A stretch of 32,000 bases of DNA, from NCBI GenBank assembly GCA_002794465.1, contig MTSL01000159.1, positions 97,790 through 129,789 of the forward strand. Direction: 5' to 3'. Under the pieces are notes generated by a model. The model was not told the origin of the DNA, made no database searches, and worked only from the letters and a program-made list of their open reading frames with translations. This DNA is from Paramicrosporidium saccamoebae KSL3. Its lineage: Eukaryota > Fungi > Cryptomycota. Below, in pieces: positions 1 through 9,336 of the stretch (positions within the stretch are counted from its first letter, which is position 1; each line of letters begins with the position of its first letter). Position numbers and translations under genes: made by a program.

Positions 1-563
1 TGATGGATGCTGATTACGTAATTCTGAAACACCAACATGTACAGAACGGCGGGACTGTTCAAATCCAGTCCATCCATAGAGGGTCTCCTCCCCAGATTAT
101 TAGTGGTCGAGGAAAGGAATTTCTGGTCACAGGTCTGTATGCAGAGAAAGAGATAGTGTTCAAATATTTCGCACTTTTCCCTCGAGTCGGCCATTTGCAC
201 ATCCTCAATGGACAACGGATGCACTCCAAAGACACTGGCCAGTCTAGACAAGTCGTCACTGTTCGGTGTGACAATGTCTATCCAAAACGGTTCCTTTGAT
301 CCACTGAACATGTCGTTGGTGACTTCGCCAGGCTGCAGGAGCGCGTCCAACGACCATGCTTGTCGGATATCCGTATCATTGGAATAATATGTATATTTGA
401 TGGATGGCGAATACGCCTGGAATGGCTTACTGAACGAGGCAGGATTGGACAGGTCGGTTCGGGAGGAATCCGAGGGCGGTTCAAACGAAGGGACCCTCCG
501 TAACGAGTCCATCGCAATTATTGAATGGCGCGTCCCAGTGGTGGGTGTACTTGGCTCGCTCAT
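1..563 (-). CDS. CorA/Alr1-family Mg2+ transporter, 5' part; runs off the left edge (not in the ORF track)
   Basis: Manual translation of the minus strand from ATG 563 gives an open frame to the edge: ...YTYYSNDTDIRQAWSLDALL...EPFWIDIVTPNSDDLSRLASVFGVHPLSIEDVQMADSREKCEIFEHYLFLCIQT...VLYMLVFQNYVISIH. This matches the FWLD / FGVHPLTVEDI / REKCE blocks of the CorA at 6390-7457. The start codon is uncertain. Confidence 0.85.
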   Translation of the reverse strand, partial: MSEPSTPTTGTRHSIIAMDSLRRVPSFEPPSDSSRTDLSNPASFSKPFQAYSPSIKYTYYSNDTDIRQAWSLDALLQPGEVTNDMFSGSKEPFWIDIVTPNSDDLSRLASVFGVHPLSIEDVQMADSREKCEIFEHYLFLCIQTCDQKFLSSTTNNLGRRPSMDGLDLNSPAVLYMLVFQNYVISIH

Positions 564-950
564 TGCGGCTAGAGACGGAGGCGCTCGGCTTGTTGAGGTG
601 TCGTGTTACAAGGCGCACGAATAGACAGCCTCTCCTGCAACTGCCAATGGATAGGAATGCAACCGTCGCCTGGAGAACCAATCAACGACGAGAGTCTCGC
701 CAATCAATGAAAACCGTTCCACCAATCTGGTATGCCGGAATTTTCGTTTTGGTCACATCCAAGTTGAGATTGTCAGTAATAAGCCAATGCTGTCTAGCAG
801 AGACGCCAACTGTAAGCAGATCCTGTTGATTAGCGAAAGTGCATCTTTATTAAAGACAGCATTATAGACCACGGCTTGTGGGGTAGCTATCATAGGAACC
901 AATCGTAAGCGGATACTGTTGAGCGGTCTTTAGACAATTTATTATCGACA

Positions 951-2138
951 TTACCATTCGGAATCATCATTATCGGAATCTGAATGGGCAAGTTTCCTAT
1001 TCCTCTCCGCCAGCGCCTTGGCTAACATGCTGGCCATAATGTCTGACTGATCATCAGAGGCTACCGATGGGGTGTTGAGACTATTTGTCGAGTTGGATCG
1101 TTCAACAGCTCGCAATTGCTGCTTGTCCGTATTCCTAATACTAGCTAATAGATTTGCACGGCCGGCGTCCATTGGCACAGCCTGTGGAGTTGGTTTTGGA
1201 TTCAAAAGGCCTTCCTCTGGCATCGGGACTTCTCGTTGTGTATTAAGCATTGGACTTTCTTGTCGAGTTTCAGGCCGTGATCGGGTGGGCGGAGGTGGGG
1301 CCGGGCCCTTGATGGACTTTGCAGGTGGTGGGGGAGGGGGGCCCTTATTCCTTGTTTTGAAGCTCTGTTGTGAACTACTCTTCCCTGGCCCATCCATCTG
1401 CTTTACAAAGTCTGCAATAAAGCCAGCCGTATCCTTGTTCTCAAGTTGCTCCGTAGTCACTCCGGCCTTCTGGAAGATTGCTTTCCATTCGGCAGGGATG
1501 TTCTGCACATCAAAGGCACCCGTTGATGCATTAAATCCAATGTGCGCCAAATGTCGAAATTCGGTTGGATCACCAATATCGTTAGCAGTCAGCTCGCTGG
1601 ACCGGCGCTTGTCCTTTTTGGATCTAAACAGTCCAAAGAATCCGCCACTCTCCTTGTCCGTGACCGATTTAATAGAGCCCTCCCGACTGGGCGAATTGTC
1701 ACCCGATCTACGCGACGAAAGTTGCAATATCTCTGACTTTTGATAGACAACCTGTGCAAAGTCTGCCGCTTCCTTCTCGTCTGCAAACAGCAGCCCAATC
1801 TGCCGTCCGTCGTCCGATTCGAAAGAATGGAAAAAGTCACAATCCAAACGGTATTCAAAATCAAAGCACACTTCGTGTTCCCACACAATTCTTGCATTAT
1901 CCAGATGGACAAGTCGAAAGAAGAGTCCGCCGAGGGTGCGGTCTTTGAGGAGCACCAAGGCGCCCTCATGTCCTTGCGGAGTCCACCGGTCCGGCCGCAT
2001 GCTGGTCAAGTACAGCTTTGCCACTGTAGCGGCCACAATCTACCAAGTTATTTACACTTAAAAGCGGACTACCTCGACCTTTGGACCCAAAGCGGACTTT
2101 ATGGTATTTTTGTCAGCCGACCTTATAGTGCCGACCAT
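951..2138 (-). CDS. WASP: WASP/Las17-family Arp2/3 activator (WH1-CRIB-polyPro-WH2-C-A); exons 2138-2073 and 2039-951
   Basis: Exon 1 MVGTIRSADKNTIKSALGPKVE is joined by a 33-nt GTAGTC..TAG intron to IVAATVAKLY. The protein has a WH1 domain, CRIB-like IGDPTEFRHLAHIGF, a PPPPPP tract, WH2 RANLLASIR, central LAKALAER and an acidic C-terminus DSDNDDSEW. Confidence 0.92.
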
Positions 2139-2469
2139 TTAACAAGAAATGTGTTTCTAAACACGTGAGATAGCATATCAGGAGCGGGGATTTGGGAAGA
2201 GTACAGCTACAGGTCCCAGCCCTTTGACGCTAAATAGCACATTGATTTACAAATTCCAACCCGAGAATCCATCTCATTTATATGGTTCAAAAAGCTATCC
2301 CATACAGGAACCTCATTTCATACAACTCGAAAATCTAGCTGTCGTGTAGTGGGGATAATACCACAAACGGGAAGGGGGATTCGTTCACTGCTAATCATAG
2401 AATGGTATGGATACACATCCCACTATCCTCAAATACCCGGCAAAGTGGTCCACTCTAGCACACAAATAC

Positions 2470-2539
2470 CCAACTAATCGACCCTCTGCCTCTACGTCAC
2501 TTAGCCAACTAATCAATCCTCTGCCTCTACGTCATATAG
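2470..2539. repeat. 35-bp direct repeat x2 just downstream of the CWC15 stop
   Basis: CCAACTAATCGACCCTCTGCCTCTACGTCACTTAG followed by CCAACTAATCAATCCTCTGCCTCTACGTCATATAG. Confidence 0.9.
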
Positions 2540-2555
2540 CCAATACGTGTAAATC

Positions 2556-3140
2556 TCATTTTATATAACGGTCCATAAATTTACGATGAAAGTCGGACCT
2601 CAGAGTATCATTGACAAAGCGCTTTTTCGTCTTTGTTTTGGGCTTGTTCTGGTTTTTAAACACTACATCATCGTCCCATCGACGTTTTACTGTAAACGAG
2701 TTACGGTCTGGATCAAGTAGCGGGTTGCCGTGTATGCTGCGCTCCAGCTTGGCGCTGTCTTGACGGAGTCGTTCTGCTTCACGCTCCTTTTTAATCTTTT
2801 CCAGCTCGAGCAGCAATGCCTCTGTGTCATCCTCTTCTTCCTCTTCCTCTTCCTCTTCCGAATCTGAATCTGAATCTGAATTAGAACCAGCTTCAGGTTC
2901 AGAGACACTTGCCTGAAGCAGCTCAATATCTTTATCATCTTCAACATTCACGACACTCTGCTTCTCGCCAAGTAGTTCGGCACGCAAGTCTCGTTTCCTC
3001 ATCTCCTCTGGCGCTCCTTGTCCCGTCTGTCGCAGTTTTAGCTTTGCATGAGCAGTAAGGTCGCGGCTGCTGTATTGGGCGGTCGTAGCGGTGGCCGAGC
3101 CAGTGGCAGCGGACCAAGTAGGGCGTGACGCATTCGACAT
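2556..3140 (-). CDS. CWC15: Spliceosomal NTC/Prp19-associated protein Cwc15
   Basis: N-terminal ASRPTW and QYSSRDL..H.KLKLRQ, an acidic middle, then FTVKRRWDDDVVFKN and FVNDTLRSDFHRKFMDRYIK, which are the Cwf15/Cwc15 signature blocks. Confidence 0.95.
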   Translation of the reverse strand: MSNASRPTWSAATGSATATTAQYSSRDLTAHAKLKLRQTGQGAPEEMRKRDLRAELLGEKQSVVNVEDDKDIELLQASVSEPEAGSNSDSDSDSEEEEEEEEEDDTEALLLELEKIKKEREAERLRQDSAKLERSIHGNPLLDPDRNSFTVKRRWDDDVVFKNQNKPKTKTKKRFVNDTLRSDFHRKFMDRYIK

Positions 3141-3243
3141 GAATCCCCGGCCTCCATGTTTAGAATTTATTTATGTCTAGTGCAAGGTTTGGGAGATAAG
3201 GGCCTCTTTGTAAACCCCTCCCACGCCGTTACGCTTGGAACAT

Positions 3244-3981
3244 TTAAGAGAATAGCTCAGGGAAGATGGTGGGGAGTTCATGCACTTTGGACATTTGCTT
3301 CATGCCTTTCGAGCTTGGAACGACCGAATCTCCAGTTTCAACAACCTGGGCACCATTCCATCCCCGCGATAGGGCAACCTCTACATTTTTTTTGCGATCA
3401 TCCACAAAGTACAACTGTCCTGGCTTTGCATTCAGCAAATTCTCGACCCTGATATAAGATTCCACGTTGGGCTTTAGATAATATCCCTGGGATGTATGGT
3501 CGCCGTACACAATGGCATTGACCAGCTTGTGGACACCTAATTCGGAGAGTACACGTTCCGCATGCATGACGCCAGAATTTGTGTAGATGACAATGTTGGC
3601 TTTTACAGAATCTAGCACACTGAACAGTGCATGATCAATGTCGATGAGATTATAGTCGATAGTATTGTCAAGGAATTCTTCATAGGTTCTTGGATTCACA
3701 TCATGTTCTGCCATCAGACCGCGGATAGCCAGTCCGTAGCCTCGATAGTATTGTTCATCTAGCTGGTTAGCTTCAGCTTCAGTGCATTTTATGGAGTGCG
3801 CAATGTAGCTACGGTTAGCGGTTATCAGAGACTCGAGTAAACCCGAGGCGGCCGAGTACAGGGTATCGTCAAGGTCGAGTAACAACGTTCGTTCCTTGGT
3901 AAGCTCTCTCAATATCTTATGCGCAGGCCTAGCGGCTGCTACCAGAGCTGCAAATGCGCATGCAAGTGGGACAATGTACAT
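3244..3981 (-). CDS. HAD-superfamily Sdt1/Phm8-like pyrimidine 5'-nucleotidase with a putative signal peptide (copy 1)
   Basis: Motif I LLDLDDTLY, motif II IYTNS, motif III LKP, motif IV YFVDDRKKNV..A..RGW, C-terminal HELPTIFPELF. N-terminus MYIVPLACAFAALVAAA is hydrophobic. Confidence 0.85.
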   Translation of the reverse strand: MYIVPLACAFAALVAAARPAHKILRELTKERTLLLDLDDTLYSAASGLLESLITANRSYIAHSIKCTEAEANQLDEQYYRGYGLAIRGLMAEHDVNPRTYEEFLDNTIDYNLIDIDHALFSVLDSVKANIVIYTNSGVMHAERVLSELGVHKLVNAIVYGDHTSQGYYLKPNVESYIRVENLLNAKPGQLYFVDDRKKNVEVALSRGWNGAQVVETGDSVVPSSKGMKQMSKVHELPTIFPELFS

Positions 3982-4061
3982 GTGGCGATCTTAGAGGCGG
4001 CCTTTTTATTAATTAAGATGGCGGGTGATCATGTCCAAAGGTATTGGACCAATTTACTGGA

Positions 4062-4802
4062 TTAGTTAGCAAACAAATCTGAGAAAACTGAAGGAGTATC
4101 GTATATATACTTGATCACCTGTATGGCGTTTTTGGAAGGCACAACAGCGTCTTCTTGGAATTCAAACACGTGTGCGACGTTCCAGCCGCGTTCCTGAGCA
4201 ACCCGGACGTTGGTTTCATTGTCATCAAGAAAATAAAGATTCGATGGATCAGATTGGAGTAGTGTCTCTACTCTTCCATAGGCTTCTTGGAATGGCTTTA
4301 CAGTAAATTCAGGGTCCATGCATTCAGCATATATCACCATGTGTACATAGGGGAGTACTCCGAGAATTTCCAGTGTCCGAGTAGTGTGCTTGATCCCCGA
4401 ATTCGTAAACACGATTACATCAGCCTCAACCTTCTTCAACAGCTCCAATAGCCTGTCATCATGTCCTATGGTTGTATAATCTACATTTTGGTCGATAAAA
4501 TCTTCATAATCCTTGAGATTGATGTTATGATCTCGCGCCAACCCTTTTGACGTCATTCCGTACTGCCGATACAGTCGAGTAGACTCTGTCTTGGCAGACT
4601 CGAAATCATAACCAAGCTTCGTTTGGGCGTATGCGTCGATTGCCGAGATGAGGCTTGCATTCAAACCACAGGAGTGTGAATAGCAAGTATTATCGAGGTC
4701 GATCACTAGCTTTGGTCGGGACGTTAATTCCAAACGCTGAAAATGGTGGACGAATGTTGCAGCGGCAGCAGTGGATATCAAGAAGGCAAGACGAAGAAGC
4801 AT
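4062..4802 (-). CDS. HAD Sdt1/Phm8-like nucleotidase with a putative signal peptide (copy 2)
   Basis: Motifs VIDLDNTCY, VFTNS, VKP, YFLDDNETNV..A..RGW. N-terminus MLLRLAFLISTAAAA from ATG 4802; an alternative ATG lies at 4826. Confidence 0.85.
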   Translation of the reverse strand: MLLRLAFLISTAAAATFVHHFQRLELTSRPKLVIDLDNTCYSHSCGLNASLISAIDAYAQTKLGYDFESAKTESTRLYRQYGMTSKGLARDHNINLKDYEDFIDQNVDYTTIGHDDRLLELLKKVEADVIVFTNSGIKHTTRTLEILGVLPYVHMVIYAECMDPEFTVKPFQEAYGRVETLLQSDPSNLYFLDDNETNVRVAQERGWNVAHVFEFQEDAVVPSKNAIQVIKYIYDTPSVFSDLFAN

Positions 4803-5085
4803 ATTGGCCAAAGTGAGGGACCGCATAAAGTCCGGACTGAGATATTAAATCGGATTCAAAGGATTGGACTGGTTTGATCGATCGCCATCCATATAGCAAT
4901 CATGGGCAAGTAAAATACTATTTAATAGGCATATAGTAGTTTTGAGAATAATTACAGGCGTCTGCTCGATACGGGGCATAGTTAGCATATTGGCACTAAT
5001 GAAGATCGATCCTAGTTTACGCCATTTGGACTGTAATGTTTAATCAAAGGGGTTTATTTGTTAAATCCACTCGAGTATCTCATGT

Positions 5086-5811
5086 TTAGAATATATTGGG
5101 AAAGGCTTGGCGGATACTCTTGGCCCAAGGGATTGAGGCTGAATGACTGTCCTGCCCGTCTACATTTTGAACCTGGAGAATATTCCAGCCCAAACTCTGT
5201 GCAATCTCTGCACTCTTCAGATCGGCATCAACAAAGTACATGTTTTTAGTTTCCACAGCCAGGCTCTTTTGCAGCTGCTGATACGCCTCTTGCTCGGGCT
5301 TAGCACACGCTTCAGTATTGGCAAAGTCACGATACACAATCTGATGCACAAAACCCTGGATTCCCAGTCGGAAGAGCACCTGCTGAGCATGCAAGAGTCC
5401 CAGTTCAGTAAACACGATAATGTCTGCATTCGAATTTTGCAAGCAGTCAATCAGTTTGTCGCTGGTTTTCAGAGATTCATAATCAACACGCTGTTTTACA
5501 TATTCATCGTATCCACCCAGTGATTGATCGCTATTACAGGTCATTCCGACAAGCAAAGGGTGGAAATCACGCACGTAATTATCAGAGATTGCTGCTTGTT
5601 GGTTCTCGGCAAAGCAGCTTGCAAAACACTCCATGAGATACTGTCTGTTAATGTCTTCCAGATGACGATGGAATTCATGCATGGTAGAGTAAATGGTTCC
5701 ATCGAGACCTAGAACTAGCTTGGGGCGGCTGGTCAACTCTTTAAGCACGTGGGTCGATGCTGCCACAGCCGCAATTAGGGAAAGCGAGACGCATTTAAAT
5801 AGGCACTGCAT
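5086..5811 (-). CDS. HAD Sdt1-like paralog with degenerate catalytic motifs and a putative signal peptide (copy 3)
   Basis: From ATG 5811: MQCLFKCVSLSLIAAVAA-STHVLKELTSRPKLVLGLDGTIY. It shares ELTSRPKLV with copy 2. The motif I Asp is Gly, and motif IV reads VDADLKS. Confidence 0.8.
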   Translation of the reverse strand: MQCLFKCVSLSLIAAVAASTHVLKELTSRPKLVLGLDGTIYSTMHEFHRHLEDINRQYLMECFASCFAENQQAAISDNYVRDFHPLLVGMTCNSDQSLGGYDEYVKQRVDYESLKTSDKLIDCLQNSNADIIVFTELGLLHAQQVLFRLGIQGFVHQIVYRDFANTEACAKPEQEAYQQLQKSLAVETKNMYFVDADLKSAEIAQSLGWNILQVQNVDGQDSHSASIPWAKSIRQAFPNIF

Positions 5812-6150
5812 GTGACAATATTGTTCTTTAACAAATGAATATTCTTTTAGCAGGAAATGTAATACATTACAGACCTGGATCCCGATCTGGGCCCAGAGTC
5901 TATTTACTGTATAAATGCACCAAATACTAAATAGTGTTAGGAAGGCCATCAACAATACCGTTTAATGCAGGACTTGACAGCTCTACCCTACCAATGAGCT
6001 ATTGATTAGGACGTGCATGGAATATATTGAGTGATTCAGATGTTGCGCGGTGAGTGTGAGCACAATGTCAATAGAAGTGGACGATAAGGGACTGTTTATT
6101 ACTAGTTGGCATGGACTCGACGGCATAGTATACCCAAACATTGGCAAGTC

Positions 6151-6260
6151 AATATTCCATTATATCTCATTATATTCCCTTATATCTCATTATATTCCAT
6201 TATATCTCGTTATATTCCATTATATCTCATTATATTATGCTATATTCTATCCCATTCCAT
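6151..6260. repeat. Degenerate 10-bp (20-bp higher-order) tandem repeat downstream of CorA
   Basis: Alternating TATATTCCAT / TATATCTCAT units, about 10 copies, decaying to the right. Confidence 0.9.
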
Positions 6261-6389
6261 CCCTCACCTCTGGCTTCCCTTTGCACATTTGGAACAAGAA
6301 GCCAGCTAAACATTGCAATACATACACAAATATCATGTTTTGAAACAGGCTGGTCAGTCTAGTGCCACATTTATTAAAATCTCACAAGA

Positions 6390-7457
6390 TTAGAGCCACT
6401 TTTTATAGCGACCAGCCATAAATACTATGGTAACTAATGCAACCATGGAAACCATCAACAGCCAGAATGGCAGCAGATTCGCAAAAGGGGACTCTTTTGG
6501 GAAATCCTGGAATGGCACCCTCGTGTTCATGCCCATAATTGTGCTAATTGCCATGGCGAAACCAATGACAAACGTCAGGGCCGTCATTTTTTTGACCGTC
6601 ACGTTCATGCGATGACCAGCCATTGCCAATTCAATATCGCTCTGGCCTAGGTAGTTGTCGTGCGAACGATCCAGCGCCTCCCTGAATTCGGTTAGGTCCT
6701 GACGTAGAGTCTGCAGGTGATCCTGCACATCCCTCAGATATAAAACGGTCCGCGTCTCCAGCCTGTCCATATGACGCTCTGTTAGTAGATGTATGATTTC
6801 TAATTTGGGTTGGATGAGACGGGCAAGGATGGTGGTGCGTCGATGTGCTTGATAGATGCGACGTAACATATCCGCCTGGTCAAACCTCCCCAGTGTCAAT
6901 GTCAAATCTTCAATGGTGTCGACTTCAGCCTGCAAAAGCGTTGCCTGTCTGGTAAAGTCGTCCACAATCTCATCCAGGAAAATGTAGGACAGCCAGTCGC
7001 CAGTGAGAGCATTCCGCGCGTCATTCACGACGATTCTTCGGGTCAGAATTTGTGACAAAAAGGGCAAACCGACGGAGCGGATGGAGATGAGATAATGCGG
7101 GAATATTAAAAGGTAGCAGTTTGTGTTAGAGTTGGGATTATAATGCCCTTTGGACTCTCCCCTCTCCTCCAATGGGGAATGCAGCCGCCCGTAAAACTCT
7201 TCCTCGTCAAGAAGCTGCACCGAAATGAAGACGTAGGTGTCATAGCTTTCGCATTTTTCGCGCGTCTCGCCGAGCTGAATATCTTCAACTGTGAGGGGAT
7301 GGACACCAAAGCTGGTTTCGAGAAAATACAAGTCGTGGGATGATGGGTGACGAATATCAAGCCAGAAAAATTCGTCGTTTGGTAATTTTTCCAACGAACT
7401 TATGGGGACGGCACCAGTTTTGGGCTGGTACAAGAGATACTCGGCATCAGTGGCCAT
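6390..7457 (-). CDS. CorA/Alr1-family Mg2+ transporter
   Basis: FFWLDI..P, FGVHPLTVEDI, REKCE, LSYIFLDEIVD, and two C-terminal TM helices with the GMN signature (TIMGMNTRVP). Likely start MATDAEY at 7457. Confidence 0.93.
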   Translation of the reverse strand: MATDAEYLLYQPKTGAVPISSLEKLPNDEFFWLDIRHPSSHDLYFLETSFGVHPLTVEDIQLGETREKCESYDTYVFISVQLLDEEEFYGRLHSPLEERGESKGHYNPNSNTNCYLLIFPHYLISIRSVGLPFLSQILTRRIVVNDARNALTGDWLSYIFLDEIVDDFTRQATLLQAEVDTIEDLTLTLGRFDQADMLRRIYQAHRRTTILARLIQPKLEIIHLLTERHMDRLETRTVLYLRDVQDHLQTLRQDLTEFREALDRSHDNYLGQSDIELAMAGHRMNVTVKKMTALTFVIGFAMAISTIMGMNTRVPFQDFPKESPFANLLPFWLLMVSMVALVTIVFMAGRYKKWL

Positions 7458-7802
7458 ATGCTTGGGCCGTGGAGAGGCTACCCTAAGAGAACCAATGAAT
7501 ACTGGTCGAATATTATTGGTGCATGTCAAGTTACAAGTCCTTTTAGTGTAATTCATATGAGATCCATGCGAGGCTCATACTTTACTCAAGTCTTGATCCA
7601 TGTAAGGCTTAAATTTTCGATCCGGTATCCATTAACTTCCACAATTCTTGACCCGTATACATGATCTCTGAGATATAATATATCATATACTCTCTTTCAC
7701 AATCTCACAGTCCCTGGTCCGGAGGTATACTCTCATTACCTCGTACTCTTTCACGTTCCCGCACTCTCTTACAGTGAAACTTTTAACAGTTCTATCGTAT
7801 TA

Positions 7803-8747
7803 ATGACGGACGGTACGGCTTCTCAAATGACCTTGAAGATTCGCATTGGCGGGCTGGTCGAATCACCACCATTTCCGTACACATATGAGGAACAGTTTAT
7901 TCTGCGTTTCCCTCCGTCAGTGGCGGCTGAACTGCGAGAAGAATTACGCGAGTCCTCTCAGCCGGATGACTTGTCCATTACCTTTACTGACACTCGTCGT
8001 GCCCAAGTCAGTTTCCATGGCCGAATGTATGTAGGAGTGCTAGTTGATTTACCCACCATTCTGGAGACGCATCGCACCTTTGACCGTTCCCAATATTACA
8101 AGACGGCTGACATTTGTCAGATGCTTCTCGTCATGCCGGATGGACCTGAGACGCAGGCCAAAATTCAGCATTATGAGGCAAACGGCTGGCAACATCCGGA
8201 TGGTCTGACACCGCCCCTCAAGGACGTCCGAACACGTCGTTTCTCACGCACAGCCTCTTACGGAAAACAAAAGGACGTGGAGGCTATTGAGAAACGGGTA
8301 CAGGCGTTGCTGGACCGGGATACAGCAGCGGCGTCGTCGAGCTTTACCATTTACGACTCTATGGGAAAGACGCTACTAGTGGGTGGAGCGACAGATGGCA
8401 AGTTTGAGCCGCCAGAGGAAGGGAAAGAAGAAGACGAAGAGGAATCGGATGACGAGTTTGCTGCTGAATTGGAAGAGGCCATGTTGGCGGAGGATGCGAT
8501 GGAGGTGGAAACGCAGACGGAATCGGCAGCTCCGATAGAAGATGGAGGACAAGAAATGCCAGCCGAGGAGCAGGAAGCGCCGACACCCGAACCACCGATG
8601 CCTGTACAATCGACTGCAGTGAAGGAGCTGCAGGCAAAGATTGACGAAAGAAAGGCCCAATTGGCGTCAGTGACCAATCCTATGATCAAGGCGCGTCTGG
8701 CAGATGTCATTAGACAATTAGAAGAAGATCTTTACTCTCGTCTGTAA
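7803..8747 (+). CDS. TAF7: TFIID subunit TAF7 (TAFII55 N-terminal domain)
   Basis: EEQFILRF, LVDLPTILETHRTFD..QYYKTADICQML, DGLTPPLKDVRTRRF, an acidic linker and a C-terminal coiled coil. Confidence 0.93.
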   Translation: MTDGTASQMTLKIRIGGLVESPPFPYTYEEQFILRFPPSVAAELREELRESSQPDDLSITFTDTRRAQVSFHGRMYVGVLVDLPTILETHRTFDRSQYYKTADICQMLLVMPDGPETQAKIQHYEANGWQHPDGLTPPLKDVRTRRFSRTASYGKQKDVEAIEKRVQALLDRDTAAASSSFTIYDSMGKTLLVGGATDGKFEPPEEGKEEDEEESDDEFAAELEEAMLAEDAMEVETQTESAAPIEDGGQEMPAEEQEAPTPEPPMPVQSTAVKELQAKIDERKAQLASVTNPMIKARLADVIRQLEEDLYSRL

Positions 8748-8760
8748 AATGTTGTAACTT

Positions 8761-9000
8761 GATATGAGGTGGGTTAGTGCGAGTTTGGTTGATGCGGGTT
8801 GGATTGATTCGAGTTGGATCGATGCGGGTTGGATTGACGCGAGTTGAATTGATGTGGGTTGGATTGATTCGATTTGGGTTTATACGAGCTGGATTGATGC
8901 GGGTTGGGTGTAGTCTCATGCATTGATGCAAGTTGGAACGTAATCTCATGTGATGCAAAGTGTGCGGTAACCTCATGTATGAATGCGGGCTGGGCTGTAA
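8761..9000. repeat. 15-bp minisatellite x10 (8761-8910) followed by about 30-bp units x3 (8911-9000), downstream of TAF7
   Basis: Consensus GATGCGGGTTGGATT; then TA(G/A)(T/C)CTCATG-initiated units. Confidence 0.9.
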
Positions 9001-9336
9001 TTTTTGCAAGACAATATCTAATACTCATTGGCGGTTCCAATCCAATGACAATCTCGCTCCCTTATACCTGGTAAAGGTGGCCATCTTACGTGTCACGCCA
9101 TTTACTAAATAGTTTTTTGTTTTACTCAACACTCATCTATAATCGTGTCAGTAGCTACATACCATATTAATAATTAAACTAAATCTTCCCCCCCCTTACA
9201 ACTGCACTTGACATTATGACCAGCATTGCACCAAACACGGTTCTCACAACTTTATTCGATACCATATTTGATTCATCATCGTTTCTATCTATGTATATGC
9301 CACCACATTTAAATCAACCTAGACAAAGGGGTCAAA

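Noticed and set aside
3-829. Plus-strand ORFs 3-299, 397-624 and 521-829
   Set aside because: They are shadows of the minus-strand CorA frame and have no recognisable motifs.
1072-2168. Long plus-strand ORFs 1072-1743 and 1740-2168
   Set aside because: They are antisense shadows of WASP.
6151-6260. Regular repeats here and at 8761, 16004 and 26791 as possible CRISPR arrays
   Set aside because: They are contiguous tandem units without unique spacers, in a eukaryotic context, with no cas genes.
7560-7800. Weak TACTCTCTTTCAC-like and TCTTGATCC-like recurrences in the CorA/TAF7 divergent spacer
   Set aside because: They are too degenerate to define units or function by eye.
8710-9040. Minus-strand repeat ORFs (NPTRI; SNQSNPH) as real genes
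   Set aside because: They arise from a 15-bp minisatellite whose unit length is a multiple of 3. The first starts at TTG and overlaps TAF7, and there is no independent coding evidence.
9055-9080. CTTATACCTGG vaguely similar to the U1 snRNA 5' end
   Set aside because: It does not match ATACTTACCTGG and has no downstream U1 features.
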